64,000 bases of DNA from the NCBI GenBank assembly GCA_963555995.3, contig OY821641.1:2080001-2144000 (forward strand), written 5' to 3'. This stretch comes from Vicinamibacteria bacterium. Its GTDB lineage: Bacteria; Acidobacteriota; Vicinamibacteria; Marinacidobacterales; Marinacidobacteraceae. The translations under genes were made by a program, and so were the position numbers. The notes beneath the pieces were generated by a model that worked only from the letters and a program-made list of their open reading frames with translations, was not told where the DNA came from and did no database searches. Every line of letters starts with the position of its first letter. Positions within the stretch are counted from its first letter, which is position 1. Shown piece by piece: positions 9,061 through 20,175 of the stretch.

Positions 9061-9471
9061 TCAGGTCAGCTCGACGCCGGGGAAAAAGTACCCGAGTTCG
9101 AAGGCGGCAGTCTCGGGCGCGTCGGAGCCGTGGATCGCGTTCCGCTCGATCGAGGAGGCGAAGCGCGCCCGGATGGTGCCGGCAGCCGCTTCCGCCGGGT
9201 TCGTGGCCCCCATCAGGCGCCGCAGTTCGCCGATCGCGTCGTCCCGCTCCAGCGCCATGACGACGGCCGGACCGGAGGACATGAACTCGGTGAGGCTCGA
9301 GAAGAAGGGCCGCTCGCGGTGGACGGCGTAGAACCCCTCGGCCTCGGCCTTGGTGAGCCGGACGAGGCGCAGGGCCACCGGCCGGAAGCCGGCGGCCTCG
9401 AGCGTCTCGAGGATGGCGCCGGTCTTCCCCGCCGCCACCGCGTCGGGCTTCACGATGGAGAGCGTTCGCAT
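9061..9471 (-). CDS. ndk: nucleoside diphosphate kinase
   Basis: RTLSIVKPDAV, HRERPFF and NAIHGSD motifs. Confidence 0.97.
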   Translation of the reverse strand: MRTLSIVKPDAVAAGKTGAILETLEAAGFRPVALRLVRLTKAEAEGFYAVHRERPFFSSLTEFMSSGPAVVMALERDDAIGELRRLMGATNPAEAAAGTIRARFASSIERNAIHGSDAPETAAFELGYFFPGVELT

Positions 9472-9499
9472 GTGTCGTTTTCCTTCTATCCGTTTCCCG

Positions 9500-10372
9500 C
9501 TATCCCCGGAGCCGGGTTTCCATGGCCGCGCCCATCTCCGCCGGGCTCTCGACCACGGTGCACCCGGCCGAGCGGAGCGCCTCCATCTTGCCCGCGGCGG
9601 TCCCCTGCCCGCCCATCACGATGGCGCCGGCGTGACCCATCCGCCGTCCCGGGGGAGCCGTCTGGCCGGCGATGAAGGCGACCACCGGCTTCTTCAGCTC
9701 GCGCCGGATGAAGTCGGCCGCCTCTTCCTCGGCGCCGCCGCCGATCTCGCCGATGAGGATCACCGCCCCGGTGTCGTCGTCGGCCGCGAAGAGTTCGAGC
9801 ACGTCCACGAAGTTGGTCCCGATCACCGGGTCGCCGCCGATGCCCACGCAGGTGCTCTGGCCGATGCCGCGCTCGGAGAGCTGGTGGACCGCCTCGTAGG
9901 TCAGCGTCCCGCTCCGGGAGACGACCCCGACGTGGCCCTCCCGGTGGATGAACCCGGGCATGATGCCCACCTTCGCCTTGCCGGGCGAGATGACGCCGGG
10001 ACAGTTGGGGCCCAGAATCCGCGTGCCGCCCGGCGGGACGGTCCGCATGACCCGCACCATGTCGCGGGTCGGCACGCCCTCGGTGATGCTCACCACCAGG
10101 TCGAGCCCCGCGTCCACCGCCTCCGCGTAGGCGTCGGCGCAGAACGGGGGAGGAACGAGCACGAACCCGACGTTCGCGTGGGTCTTGGCCACCGCCTCCG
10201 CCACCGTGTCGAACACCGGGACGCCCACCGCCGTCTGGCCGCCCTTCCCCGGCACCACGCCGGCCACCAGGTCGGTGCCGTAGTCGCGGCAGGCCTCCGC
10301 GTGGAAGGCGCCTTCCCGTCCGGTGATCCCCTGGACGACGAGCCGGGTCTCGTTGCCGACCAGGACGCTCAT
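9500..10372 (-). CDS. sucD: succinyl-CoA synthetase alpha subunit
   Basis: [24 protein letters not shown] and RMGHAGA motifs; ATG overlaps the sucC stop. Confidence 0.97.
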   Translation of the reverse strand: MSVLVGNETRLVVQGITGREGAFHAEACRDYGTDLVAGVVPGKGGQTAVGVPVFDTVAEAVAKTHANVGFVLVPPPFCADAYAEAVDAGLDLVVSITEGVPTRDMVRVMRTVPPGGTRILGPNCPGVISPGKAKVGIMPGFIHREGHVGVVSRSGTLTYEAVHQLSERGIGQSTCVGIGGDPVIGTNFVDVLELFAADDDTGAVILIGEIGGGAEEEAADFIRRELKKPVVAFIAGQTAPPGRRMGHAGAIVMGGQGTAAGKMEALRSAGCTVVESPAEMGAAMETRLRG

Positions 10373-11541
10373 GCCGCCTCCTGGCCCGCGAGGCGCTTCA
10401 CCACCTGCCCGGCGGCGTCGCGCATCCCGTCCGCGGTGGTGAAATCGAGCCCCGACTCCTCGAGCATCCCGCGGGCGAGCTCCACGTTCGTCCCCTCCAT
10501 GCGGATCACGATCGGCAGCGTCACCCCGAGCTTCCGGACCGCGGCGATCAACCCCTTGGCAAGCCGGTCGCAGCGCAGGATGCCGCCGAAGATGTTGATC
10601 AGCACCACTCGCACCTCGGGGTCCGAGGAGAGGATGCGGAAGGCGTTTTCGATCTGCTCCGCGCTGGCGCCGCCCCCCACGTCGAGGAAGTTCGCCGGGG
10701 ACGCCCCGGCGAGCTTCACGATGTCCATGGTGGCCATCGCCAGCCCGGCCCCGTTCACCATGCAGCCCACCGAGCCGTCGAGCTTGATGTAGCTGAGGCG
10801 GTGCTTGCTGGCCTCGACCTCGAGCGGCGACTCCTCGTGGATGTCGCGGAGCGCCGCCACCTCGGGCTGGCGGAAGAGGGCGCTGTCGTCCACCGAGACC
10901 TTGGCGTCGAGCGCGAGGACGTCGCCGCCCTCGGTCACCAGCATCGGGTTGATCTCCACCTGGCTGGCGTCGAGACCCTCGAAGGCGCGGTAGAGCGCGG
11001 TGAGGAACTTCGTCCCGTTCCGGAAGACTGGCCCCTCGAAGCCGAGCCCGAAGGCGAGCCGCCGGGCCTGGAACGGCTGCATCCCGAGCGCCGGATCCAC
11101 CGTCACGGTGAGGATCTTCTCGGGCGTCTCCGCCGCCACCTCCTCGATGTCCATGCCCCCGGCGGCGCTCGCAACGCACATCGGCCGGCCGGTCGAACGG
11201 TCCACGATGAAGCTGACGTAGAGCTCGCGGGCGATGGCGACGCCCTCCTCGACCAGCAGCCGCCGCACCAGCCGGCCCTCGGGCCCGGTCTGCTTCGTGA
11301 CCAGGGTGGCGCCGAGGATCGCGTCCGCGGCGGCGCGCACCTCGTCCTCGGTGCGGGCGAGGCGCACCCCGCCGGCCTTGCCGCGCCCGCCGGCGTGGAT
11401 CTGCGCCTTCACCACCACCGGGAGGCCCAGTTCCGAGGCGGCGGCGACCGCCTCGTCCGCGCTGAACGCGACCTTGCCGCGCGGGATGGGGACGCCGTAC
11501 CCGGCGAGGAGCGCCTTGGCCTGGTGCTCGTGGAGGTTCAT
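10369..11541 (-). CDS. sucC: succinyl-CoA synthetase beta subunit
   Basis: [34 protein letters not shown] and [10 protein letters not shown] motifs. Confidence 0.97.
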   Translation of the reverse strand: MNLHEHQAKALLAGYGVPIPRGKVAFSADEAVAAASELGLPVVVKAQIHAGGRGKAGGVRLARTEDEVRAAADAILGATLVTKQTGPEGRLVRRLLVEEGVAIARELYVSFIVDRSTGRPMCVASAAGGMDIEEVAAETPEKILTVTVDPALGMQPFQARRLAFGLGFEGPVFRNGTKFLTALYRAFEGLDASQVEINPMLVTEGGDVLALDAKVSVDDSALFRQPEVAALRDIHEESPLEVEASKHRLSYIKLDGSVGCMVNGAGLAMATMDIVKLAGASPANFLDVGGGASAEQIENAFRILSSDPEVRVVLINIFGGILRCDRLAKGLIAAVRKLGVTLPIVIRMEGTNVELARGMLEESGLDFTTADGMRDAAGQVVKRLAGQEAA

Positions 11542-11547
11542 GCGAGG

Positions 11548-12480
11548 CTACACGCCGATCTTCTCGGTCAGTTCGCGGACCGCGGCGGCCGAGCGGTCGA
11601 GCGCGGCCTGCTCGTCCGGCGTGAGCTCGATCTGGACGACCCCCTCGACGCCGGCCCGGCCGAGTTTCACCGGGACGCCCAGGTAGAGGCCGTCCACCCC
11701 GTACTCGCCCTCCAGATAGGCGGCGCAGGGGAGGATCTTCTTCTTGTCCTTCAGGATCGCGTCCACCATCTCCACGATGGCCGCCGAGGGGGCGTAGTAG
11801 GCCGACCCCGTCTTCAGGTAGGCCACGATCTCGCCGCCGCCCTTCCGGGTGCGCTCGACGATCCGGTCAATCGCCTCCTGCGACATGAAGTCCGGCAGCG
11901 GGATTCCGGCGACCGTCGAGTAGCGCGGCAGCGGCACCATGTCGTCCCCGTGCCCGCCGAGCACGAAGGCGTGGACGTTCTCGACCGAGACGTTCACTTC
12001 CCGGGCGATGAAGGCCCGCATCCGCGCCGAGTCGAGGACGCCCGCCATGCCGACCACCCGGTGCTTCGGCAGCCCGCTGGCGCGGAGCGCGGTCTGCACC
12101 ATCGCGTCGAGCGGGTTCGAGACCACCACCAGGATCGCGTCCGGCGAGTGCTCCATCGCCTGCCGGGTGACGCTGCTCACGATCTCGTAGTTCTTCCGCA
12201 GCAGGTCGTCCCGGCTCATCCCGGCCTTCCGGGGCAGCCCGGCGGTGATGACCACCACGTCGGAACCCGCGGTGTCGGCGTAGTCGGTGGTGCCGCGCAC
12301 CTCGACGTCGCTGCCGGTGACCGGGCAGGCCTCCAGCATGTCGAGGCCCTTCCCCTGGGGGATGCCGTCCACGATGTCAATGAGGACCACGTCGGCGAGC
12401 TCGGCGTCGGCGAGCCGCTGGGCGGCGGTGGCGCCGACGTTCCCGGCGCCCACCACGGTCACTTTCGGTCGCATCGGCAA
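11548..12480 (-). CDS. mdh: malate dehydrogenase (LDH-like)
   Basis: [28 protein letters not shown] and SAYYAP motifs. Confidence 0.96.
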   Translation of the reverse strand: MPMRPKVTVVGAGNVGATAAQRLADAELADVVLIDIVDGIPQGKGLDMLEACPVTGSDVEVRGTTDYADTAGSDVVVITAGLPRKAGMSRDDLLRKNYEIVSSVTRQAMEHSPDAILVVVSNPLDAMVQTALRASGLPKHRVVGMAGVLDSARMRAFIAREVNVSVENVHAFVLGGHGDDMVPLPRYSTVAGIPLPDFMSQEAIDRIVERTRKGGGEIVAYLKTGSAYYAPSAAIVEMVDAILKDKKKILPCAAYLEGEYGVDGLYLGVPVKLGRAGVEGVVQIELTPDEQAALDRSAAAVRELTEKIGV

Positions 12481-12520
12481 CCTCCTTCGGCGGATCGTCC
12501 TTCTGGTGGGGAGCCGCGGA

Positions 12521-13921
<1,401 letters not shown>

Positions 13922-14083
13922 GAACTCTCTTCGGGAAAGGGGTTGCCGGGATGGCGCGCGGAACCGCCGGGGTCCCCCCACGCGCCGTTCATCGCACGGG
14001 GAAGGCCCGGCGAAAGGATCCGTCGGAACGCCGCCGCAACCCAGGCGCGGCAGCCGTCCATCCCGCCGGGCGCACCGGGAATT

Positions 14084-14361
14084 CTAGCAGCCTTTGGACA
14101 AAGTCACGTGAGCATCGAGAACGGCCAGGCGCCCGGCTGACAAGGCGCGTGAGGGAGGAATACCGGGTGTATTCCGACCGAACGCAACGATGTGGGGCGC
14201 GGAGCGGCCCGTTCAGCCGGGATGCACCGTCCCGTTCGTTTCCGGAGCGGGGCGGGAGCCCCGCGGAGACCCCTTGAGCACGAAGCATGGGGGACGGCGA
14301 CAGTCGGCCCGCATGTTTCGTAGCTCGGGAATGCCGCGTGACTTTGTTCACAGGCTGCTGG
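14084..14361. mobile_element. non-coding palindromic MITE-like element (278 bp)
   Basis: About 32-bp imperfect terminal inverted repeats CTAGCAGCCTTTGGACAAAGTCACG...CGTGACTTTGTTCACAGGCTGCTGG; internal core shared with 61613..61790. Confidence 0.75.
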
Positions 14362-14448
14362 CGGCCCCGGGGCGGGCTTTGACGCGGCAAAACACATCCC
14401 GGTACCGTCCCCCCTCGCTTGGCGCGGGTCGCCGACGAGGATGCCATC

Positions 14449-15120
14449 GTGAAGACAGCCACCACCGCCGTCCTGCTCCTGCTGGCGGCGGGCGTCGCCG
14501 GGTTCACGGCCTCCGCGTGCTTCCGGGCGCCGCGGACACCGCCGCCCCCGCCGCACGAGCCGCCCCCACCCCGGCCGGCGCCGCTCCCGCCGCCTCCCCC
14601 GCCCCCACCGCCGCTGCCGCCGCCCGACGCGGTGGACCTCGCCTGCGACGCGGGCGAGACGGCGTCGCCGGACGTGTTCCTCTCCATGCTCCCGCAGTGC
14701 GGCGACCGGGTGAACGTGGTGTCGCTCGGGGCCTCCCCCGGAGAGTTCGCCCGCCTCCTCCGCGAACGGACCCCCACGAACCTCCTCGCCCTGACCGCGC
14801 CGGACGCACTGGCCGCCGTGCTGGACAAGTCCCGCGACCGGGTCACGTTCGTCCTCCTCTCCGGCACGGAGAGCCCCCTCGACCCGATCCTCACCGCCCG
14901 CGACGCCCACGCACCGAACACCGTCCTGGTCGCATTCGGCGAGGCCGCCGCACCGGCCCCCGAAGACACCCACCGGCTCCTCCGCGTCCCACCGGACGAC
15001 CCACCGACCATCCCCAGCCTCGCCCACCGCATCTTCCACACCGTCACCACGAACTGCCACGACCTCTTCGGCCTCCCCACCGGCCCCCAGGGCGCCCGCC
15101 ACTGCCAACTACACCCGTGA
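14449..15120 (+). CDS. hypothetical exported (lipo)protein with poly-proline linker
   Basis: GAGGA SD, GTG start, hydrophobic leader ending ASAC, PPPP tract, then an alpha/beta-looking domain with four Cys. Confidence 0.6.
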   Translation: MKTATTAVLLLLAAGVAGFTASACFRAPRTPPPPPHEPPPPRPAPLPPPPPPPPPLPPPDAVDLACDAGETASPDVFLSMLPQCGDRVNVVSLGASPGEFARLLRERTPTNLLALTAPDALAAVLDKSRDRVTFVLLSGTESPLDPILTARDAHAPNTVLVAFGEAAAPAPEDTHRLLRVPPDDPPTIPSLAHRIFHTVTTNCHDLFGLPTGPQGARHCQLHP

Positions 15121-15137
15121 CCCGACGGGTTCAGGGA

Positions 15138-15290
15138 GGGAGCGCCGGTCTTCAGACCGGCACAGCGGGCCAAAGGCCCGCGGATGTCGTACCGCTGTTT
15201 GCCGTGATGGACCAAGAGTCGAACGCCATCTCGCCGGGCAGCGTCGTGCCGTGCGCCGCGCTGTCGCGCAGCGCGTGCCGGTCTGAAGGC
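15138..15290. repeat. REPIN-like element type A (right REP degenerate)
   Basis: GGGAGCGCCGGTCTTCAGACCGGCAC, a spacer homologous to the 7766 element, then GTGCCGGTCTGAAGGC. Confidence 0.85.
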
Positions 15291-15360
15291 CCCCACCGGA
15301 AGAAACCGTCATGATCGGTCCACCTGCACACCCCGCCGGTCATGAAAACGGCGGAAACGG

Positions 15361-15540
15361 CCTGGAACGCCGGCTTCAGCCGGCACAGCCCGCCGCAGGC
15401 GGGCGGCGGGAAGGATCTCATCTGCCGGGACGGCTCGGCTGCGCGCGCCAACCCACCCGGGGTAGCGAGGAACCACCCGCGGCCCTGCGGGCCGCTGTGC
15501 CGGCTGAAGCCGGCGTTCCAAGCCGGCGGCGCCATCACGG
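15361..15540. repeat. REPIN-like element type B
   Basis: CCTGGAACGCCGGCTTCAGCCGGCAC...GTGCCGGCTGAAGCCGGCGTTCCAAG (162 bp) plus flank CCGGCGGCGCCATCACGG; inverted copy at 26958..27137. Confidence 0.88.
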
Positions 15541-15661
15541 TACCTGGCCGAGCCGCGGGACTCCTTACACAGCAGACCCGCCCTGATGACACGCCGCGCA
15601 GCCGGCAGGCTCGGACCGGGAGATGGGCCGAATCACATGTTCGAGGCGGCGCTTCCCTTCG

Positions 15662-16849
15662 TCAGCGCGCTGCGAAGAACCGCTGGATCCGGCCTACGCC
15701 GTCGTCAATGACCTCGTCCGAGGTGGCGTAGCTGAGCCGGAGGTGGGCGTCGTGTCCGAAGGCGATGCCGGGGACGGTGGCCACCCGCTGCTCGTCGAGC
15801 AGCGCCGCGGCGAGCGCGGCGGAACCCTCCCCCGGGCGCAACACCGCCTCGAAGTTCGGGAAGAGGTAGAAGCCGCCGTCGGCGGCCCCGCAGCGGAGCC
15901 CCTCGATCTCGAGAAGGCCGTCGCGCATCCGCACCATGCGGCGCGCGAACTCGCGCGTCATCCAGGCGAACTCCTCCGGGTCCGCCGTCACCGCGGCCAG
16001 CGCCGCCTTCTGCGAAATGGAGCTTGCGTTGGACGTCATCTGGCTCTGCAGCGACGCGGCCCCCTTGATGACCGGTTCCGGGCCGATCGCCCACCCGAGA
16101 CGCCAGCCCGTCATGCAGTAGCTCTTCGACGCGCCGCCCGCCACGACGAACCGGTGCCCGAGGATGTCCTGCATCCGGCGGTAGCAACCCTCCGGGGCCG
16201 GCTTGAAGGTGAGCCGGGCGTAGGTGTCGTCCCACAGGAGATACGCGTCGGCCTCCAGCGCCAACTCGGCCACCGCTTCCAGTTCGGCCGCCGACAGGAC
16301 CACTCCCGAGGGATTCCCCGGGATGTTGAAGATGATGCAGCGGGTCCGGTCGGTCACGGCGGGCTCGATGACCTCGCGGGTGGGCCGGAAACCGGAATCC
16401 TCCCCCGCACGGGCAAGGACCGGCGCGGCCCCGGCGATCTTCACCTGCTCCGGAAACGTCGGCCAGTACGGCGTCGGGATCACCACCTCGTCCCCCTCCT
16501 CGCAGGTGGCGAGCAGCAGCCCGGTGAGGGCGTGCTTCCCTCCCGACGTGATGAGGACCTTCCCGGCCCCGAAGTCCAAGTCGAAGTCGCGGCGGTAGCT
16601 CTCCGCCACCGCGGCCCGGAGGTCCGGCGCGCCCGGGTTCGGGGTGTAGCGGGTGTAGCCGGACTCGATGGCCCGAATCCCGGCCTCGCGCGCCAACGGC
16701 GGAGTATCGAAGTCGGGCTGGCCGGCCGAGAAGTCCACGACGTTCTCCCCGGCGGCCTTGAGACGCATCGCCTCCGCCATCACCGCCATGGTGGGCGAAG
16801 GGGACACGGCGCTGACCCGCGCCGCGAGGTGGATTGCCGGATCGGTCAT
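15662..16849 (-). CDS. aspC: aspartate aminotransferase, class I PLP enzyme
   Basis: GQPDFDTP, PGNPSG, SKSYCMTGWRLG and LRLSYA motifs. Confidence 0.9.
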   Translation of the reverse strand: MTDPAIHLAARVSAVSPSPTMAVMAEAMRLKAAGENVVDFSAGQPDFDTPPLAREAGIRAIESGYTRYTPNPGAPDLRAAVAESYRRDFDLDFGAGKVLITSGGKHALTGLLLATCEEGDEVVIPTPYWPTFPEQVKIAGAAPVLARAGEDSGFRPTREVIEPAVTDRTRCIIFNIPGNPSGVVLSAAELEAVAELALEADAYLLWDDTYARLTFKPAPEGCYRRMQDILGHRFVVAGGASKSYCMTGWRLGWAIGPEPVIKGAASLQSQMTSNASSISQKAALAAVTADPEEFAWMTREFARRMVRMRDGLLEIEGLRCGAADGGFYLFPNFEAVLRPGEGSAALAAALLDEQRVATVPGIAFGHDAHLRLSYATSDEVIDDGVGRIQRFFAAR

Positions 16850-16886
16850 GGGCGGATTCCTGGATCGGCCACCAGGCGGGGCCGGA

Positions 16887-17384
16887 TCAGTCTGTGGACG
16901 AGAACTTCTCCACGAGCCGGTGCGCCACCGGGTCGGGGACGAGGCCCGTCACGTCGCCGGAGAGCGCGGCGATCTCCTTGATCAGCCGCGAACTCACGTA
17001 GGAGTATTCCTCGGCGGGCGTCAGGAAGACCGTCTCCACCTCGGGCGCGAGCCGCCGGTTCATGAGCGCCATCTGGAACTCGTACTCGAAGTCCGAGACG
17101 GCGCGGATACCGCGCACGATGGCGGCCGCGCCCCGGCTGCGGGCGTAACCGACGAGCAGCCCCGAGAAGGCGTCGGCTTCCACCCGGGGATCGTTCGAAA
17201 ACGTCGCGCGGATGAAATCGAGCCGCTCCGCCACGGTGAAGAGCGGCGCCTTGCCCGCGTTGTGGAGCACGGCGACGACCACCCGATCAAATTGTCGGGC
17301 CGCCCGCCGGATGATGTCCACGTGCCCGAGCGTGAGCGGGTCAAAGGACCCCGGGCAGATGGCCAGGCGGGAGGTCGGTTCCAA
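16887..17384 (-). CDS. coaD: phosphopantetheine adenylyltransferase
   Basis: PGSFDPLTLGH, RGIRAVSDFEYE and VSSRLIKE motifs; TTG start inferred. Confidence 0.96.
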   Translation of the reverse strand: MEPTSRLAICPGSFDPLTLGHVDIIRRAARQFDRVVVAVLHNAGKAPLFTVAERLDFIRATFSNDPRVEADAFSGLLVGYARSRGAAAIVRGIRAVSDFEYEFQMALMNRRLAPEVETVFLTPAEEYSYVSSRLIKEIAALSGDVTGLVPDPVAHRLVEKFSSTD

Positions 17385-17625
17385 GTTCAGCGCCGGTCCT
17401 TGAGACGTGGAAGGAGACGTGGGGAGACGCGGGCGAAACCTAGCATAGGACCGGCCCCGTGGAACCGAAGGCCCGCTGAGGGCGCGTCGTCCCATCGGCC
17501 GCAACCCCTTTCCGGACCGCCCCGTACGAGCCCGTCCAGCGGCTCCAAACTGCCTCTTCGCTTCGACTTTTCCACATTTGGGCCGAATTCGGGGGTCAAG
17601 CGGGAAAAAATCCGGCGATTTACGT

Positions 17626-18279
17626 CTAGGTCTCTGTGACCACTCGCTCGCTCGCCTTTTCCCGCCGGTACAGCGAGAACGCGCCGTCCCCGGCGGCCGT
17701 CGTGCGGACCCTCACCCCGACGGGTGGACATGCCTCGGCCCCGGGTCCACTCTCCGGACCGGCGGCCACGCTCGCCGGCGCCGTCCACGAGGAGCGGTGC
17801 TCCGCCACCACCAGCGGCGCGAGACCGACGGCCCCCCGCAGCAGCTCCACGCCCCGCTCCGATTCCCAGACCTCCCAGGGCGGGTCGAGGAACGCCACGT
17901 CGAACGCCCTGCCGGCCGCGAGGAACCGCCGCAGTTCCCGGAGCGCGTCTCCGACCACCAGCTCGAAGGCACTCGTCCCGAGCCGGGCCGCGTTCCGTTC
18001 GATGATCCGGCCCAGCCGCGGAGACCGCTCCACGAACACGCACCCGCGCGCGCCGCGCGAGAGCGCCTCGAAACCCAGGGTCCCTACCCCCGCGCACAGG
18101 TCGAGGACCCGCGCCCCCTCCATCTCCCCGGCCAGCACCGAGAAGAGGCTCTTTCGCAGCCGAACCGCCGTCGGCCGGGCCCGCTCGGCCGCCCGGGCCG
18201 GCCCGCCGCCGGAACCGGCGCGCGGGGGACCGGTCAGGACCCGGCCCCGGAACACGCCACCCGCGATCCGCACGCTCAT
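17626..18279 (-). CDS. rsmD: 16S rRNA m2G966 methyltransferase
   Basis: VRIAGG.FRGR, RPT, VLDLCAGVGTLGFEALSRGA and LDPPW motifs; adjacent to coaD. Confidence 0.92.
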   Translation of the reverse strand: MSVRIAGGVFRGRVLTGPPRAGSGGGPARAAERARPTAVRLRKSLFSVLAGEMEGARVLDLCAGVGTLGFEALSRGARGCVFVERSPRLGRIIERNAARLGTSAFELVVGDALRELRRFLAAGRAFDVAFLDPPWEVWESERGVELLRGAVGLAPLVVAEHRSSWTAPASVAAGPESGPGAEACPPVGVRVRTTAAGDGAFSLYRREKASERVVTET

Positions 18280-18350
18280 CGTCGGATCCCGTCTTCACCC
18301 ACCGGCAGCCGGCTCTCCCGGAGTCCGGCGCCGCGCCTCAAGGAGTCATC

Positions 18351-19559
18351 ATGCCAACCTCCCTGCCCCTCCCCGACCCAACCCGGCGTCCGGTCCGGTT
18401 CGCCCCGGAGGCCGTCCAGACGCCCCGGGCACGGCGGGCGCGGCGGCGCGGGACGGTCGCGGCCCGCTCGGAACTGCGGCCCGCCGTCGCCGTCGCCGCC
18501 GAGATCTCGCCGGACGGGATCGGCGGCGAGTGGGACCTCTCGCGCGGCCACGTCCTCCGCTGGCTGGAGGCGCACGTCGGCCCCCTCCCCCCCGGCTTCG
18601 ACGCCGCCTCGCGTCCGGCGGGGGAGAGGGTGCACGTGGAGCGGCATCGGTCGGCAGGCGCCATCGTACGGGCCGTTGACCGGGAAGCGGGATCGAGCCG
18701 GTACTTCGGGGTCTCCCTCGAGGCGGGCGCCTTCGCCGGACTGGCCGCCTGGAAGGCGGTCGTGATCCTCTTCCGCACGGGATCCACGGCCGGGCTCCGC
18801 GCCACGCTGCTGGTTCCGCGCCGGCGCCTCGACCAGCGGACCGCGCCGCTCTGGGTGCCCGGCATCGTGCGCTGGCTCGCGCGTTCCCCGGGGCTCACCG
18901 ACTACGGCTGGCGGCTGCTCCCGGCCCCCTGGATCATCCAGAACGAGGAGGGCGTGGAGGGGCTGATCCACCTCCTCGGAAGCCGACGCCGGACCCGTCC
19001 GGTCTTCGCCATCGGCCTCGGTCCCCGGGAAACGAACCCGGAATCCGCGCCCCTCGACCTCTGGGACCTCGCGCACCGGACCGTGGGTCTCGCGCACGTG
19101 GCGGTGCTGACGGGTCCCATGACCTACGCGCTGACGGACCGGGTGGGCCGCCAGTACAGCGTCTTCGGGAACGCCGTCCGCACCTACCGGCCCGGCTGCG
19201 TCATCGGCAATCGCGCGACGGAACACCCCATGGCGCTCCCCGAAACGGTGCGGCGCTGGCGCGCCGGCGGCCCGCACGACTTCGCCGTCTTCCTCACCCG
19301 GGAAGCGGCGCGGGCCAGCGTCCTCCGGCAGGCGACCCGGGACTGCTGGTTCCCCGAGTCGGTCGAGGCCGGGTCCCGGAACGGGGAAGGGCTTCCCGGG
19401 GCTCCGGATCCCTTCGGGGAGGCGCTCCGCCGCCCGACGGCGGACGGGGACGCCGTGCACCCGCTGGGCGCGGGTGAGGACGCGGCGGCGGGGGATGAGG
19501 GGGCGCTGCCAGCCGAGGATGAGGCAGCGCGGCCGGCCGCGGAGGCTCGGGCAAGTTGA
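18351..19559 (+). CDS. hypothetical protein
   Basis: AAGGAG SD; 402 aa with globular-looking central region (GLAHVAVL...YSVFGNAVRTYRPG) and GC3-rich codons. Confidence 0.7.
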   Translation: MPTSLPLPDPTRRPVRFAPEAVQTPRARRARRRGTVAARSELRPAVAVAAEISPDGIGGEWDLSRGHVLRWLEAHVGPLPPGFDAASRPAGERVHVERHRSAGAIVRAVDREAGSSRYFGVSLEAGAFAGLAAWKAVVILFRTGSTAGLRATLLVPRRRLDQRTAPLWVPGIVRWLARSPGLTDYGWRLLPAPWIIQNEEGVEGLIHLLGSRRRTRPVFAIGLGPRETNPESAPLDLWDLAHRTVGLAHVAVLTGPMTYALTDRVGRQYSVFGNAVRTYRPGCVIGNRATEHPMALPETVRRWRAGGPHDFAVFLTREAARASVLRQATRDCWFPESVEAGSRNGEGLPGAPDPFGEALRRPTADGDAVHPLGAGEDAAAGDEGALPAEDEAARPAAEARAS

Positions 19560-19650
19560 GCGTGCGACTCGTGTGCGGCGAGCCGTCGCTGCAAGACCCG
19601 ACGCCCCATGTCCCTGCTGGCATGGCGCCCAACGGACGGAGAGTGTCCCG

Positions 19651-19857
19651 ATGAGCGACTCCAGGTGTGGGAACTCCAGTGACCACACGGTTATCGTCCT
19701 GCTGGTAGCGCTGTTCGTGGTGCTGTTCGGCACGACCGCAAGCACCCACCGGCGTCGGGCCGCTATGGAAGAGCGGCTGCTGGACCGGCTTGATCAGGTG
19801 GATCGGCAGCTGTTGCACACCATCCACCGACGGGAACACGCTGGCGTAGATCAGTAG
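19651..19857 (+). CDS. small single-TM hypothetical protein (68 aa)
   Basis: GGAGAG upstream of ATG; VIVLLVALFVVLFG transmembrane segment followed by a helical charged tail. Confidence 0.5.
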   Translation: MSDSRCGNSSDHTVIVLLVALFVVLFGTTASTHRRRAAMEERLLDRLDQVDRQLLHTIHRREHAGVDQ

Positions 19858-19958
19858 GCATCGCGGCTCCACTCGCGCCAAGCCCTGCCCCGCCTGCGGG
19901 CCGCGTATCGGGCTGAATTCCCGGCCGTCCAAAGGGTGCGTGCCGTGGGAGTGAATGA

Positions 19959-20163
19959 GGTTGTGACGTGCGCGGCGCGGAGCGCCGCGGTGCCGGTCTG
20001 GAGACCGGCGTTCCAAGTCGGCGCGTCGTGAGGGTGGGTGGGGGCGCGCCGTGCGCGGCGCGGAGCGCCGCTGTGCCGGCCTGGAGACCGGCGTTCCAAG
20101 CCGTGTGCGTCGTGAGGGTGGGTGGGGTTGTGGTCGTGCCGGTCTGGAGACCGGCGGTCCGAG
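19959..20163. repeat. tandem array of three type C REP units
   Basis: GTGCCGG(T/C)CTGGAGACCGGCG(T/G)TCC at 19990, 20073 and 20136, with GTGCGCGGCGCGGAGCGCCGC and CGTCGTGAGGGTGGGTGGGG linkers repeated. Confidence 0.85.
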
Positions 20164-20175
20164 CCGGCGCGTCGC

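Noticed and set aside
17568-17576. Replication origin
   Set aside because: A single DnaA-box match, with no box cluster, AT-rich unwinding element or dnaA nearby
19959-20163. Possible CRISPR array (three palindromic repeats)
   Set aside because: Spacers resemble each other and vary in length, the repeat is the dispersed REP found throughout the window, and no cas genes are present
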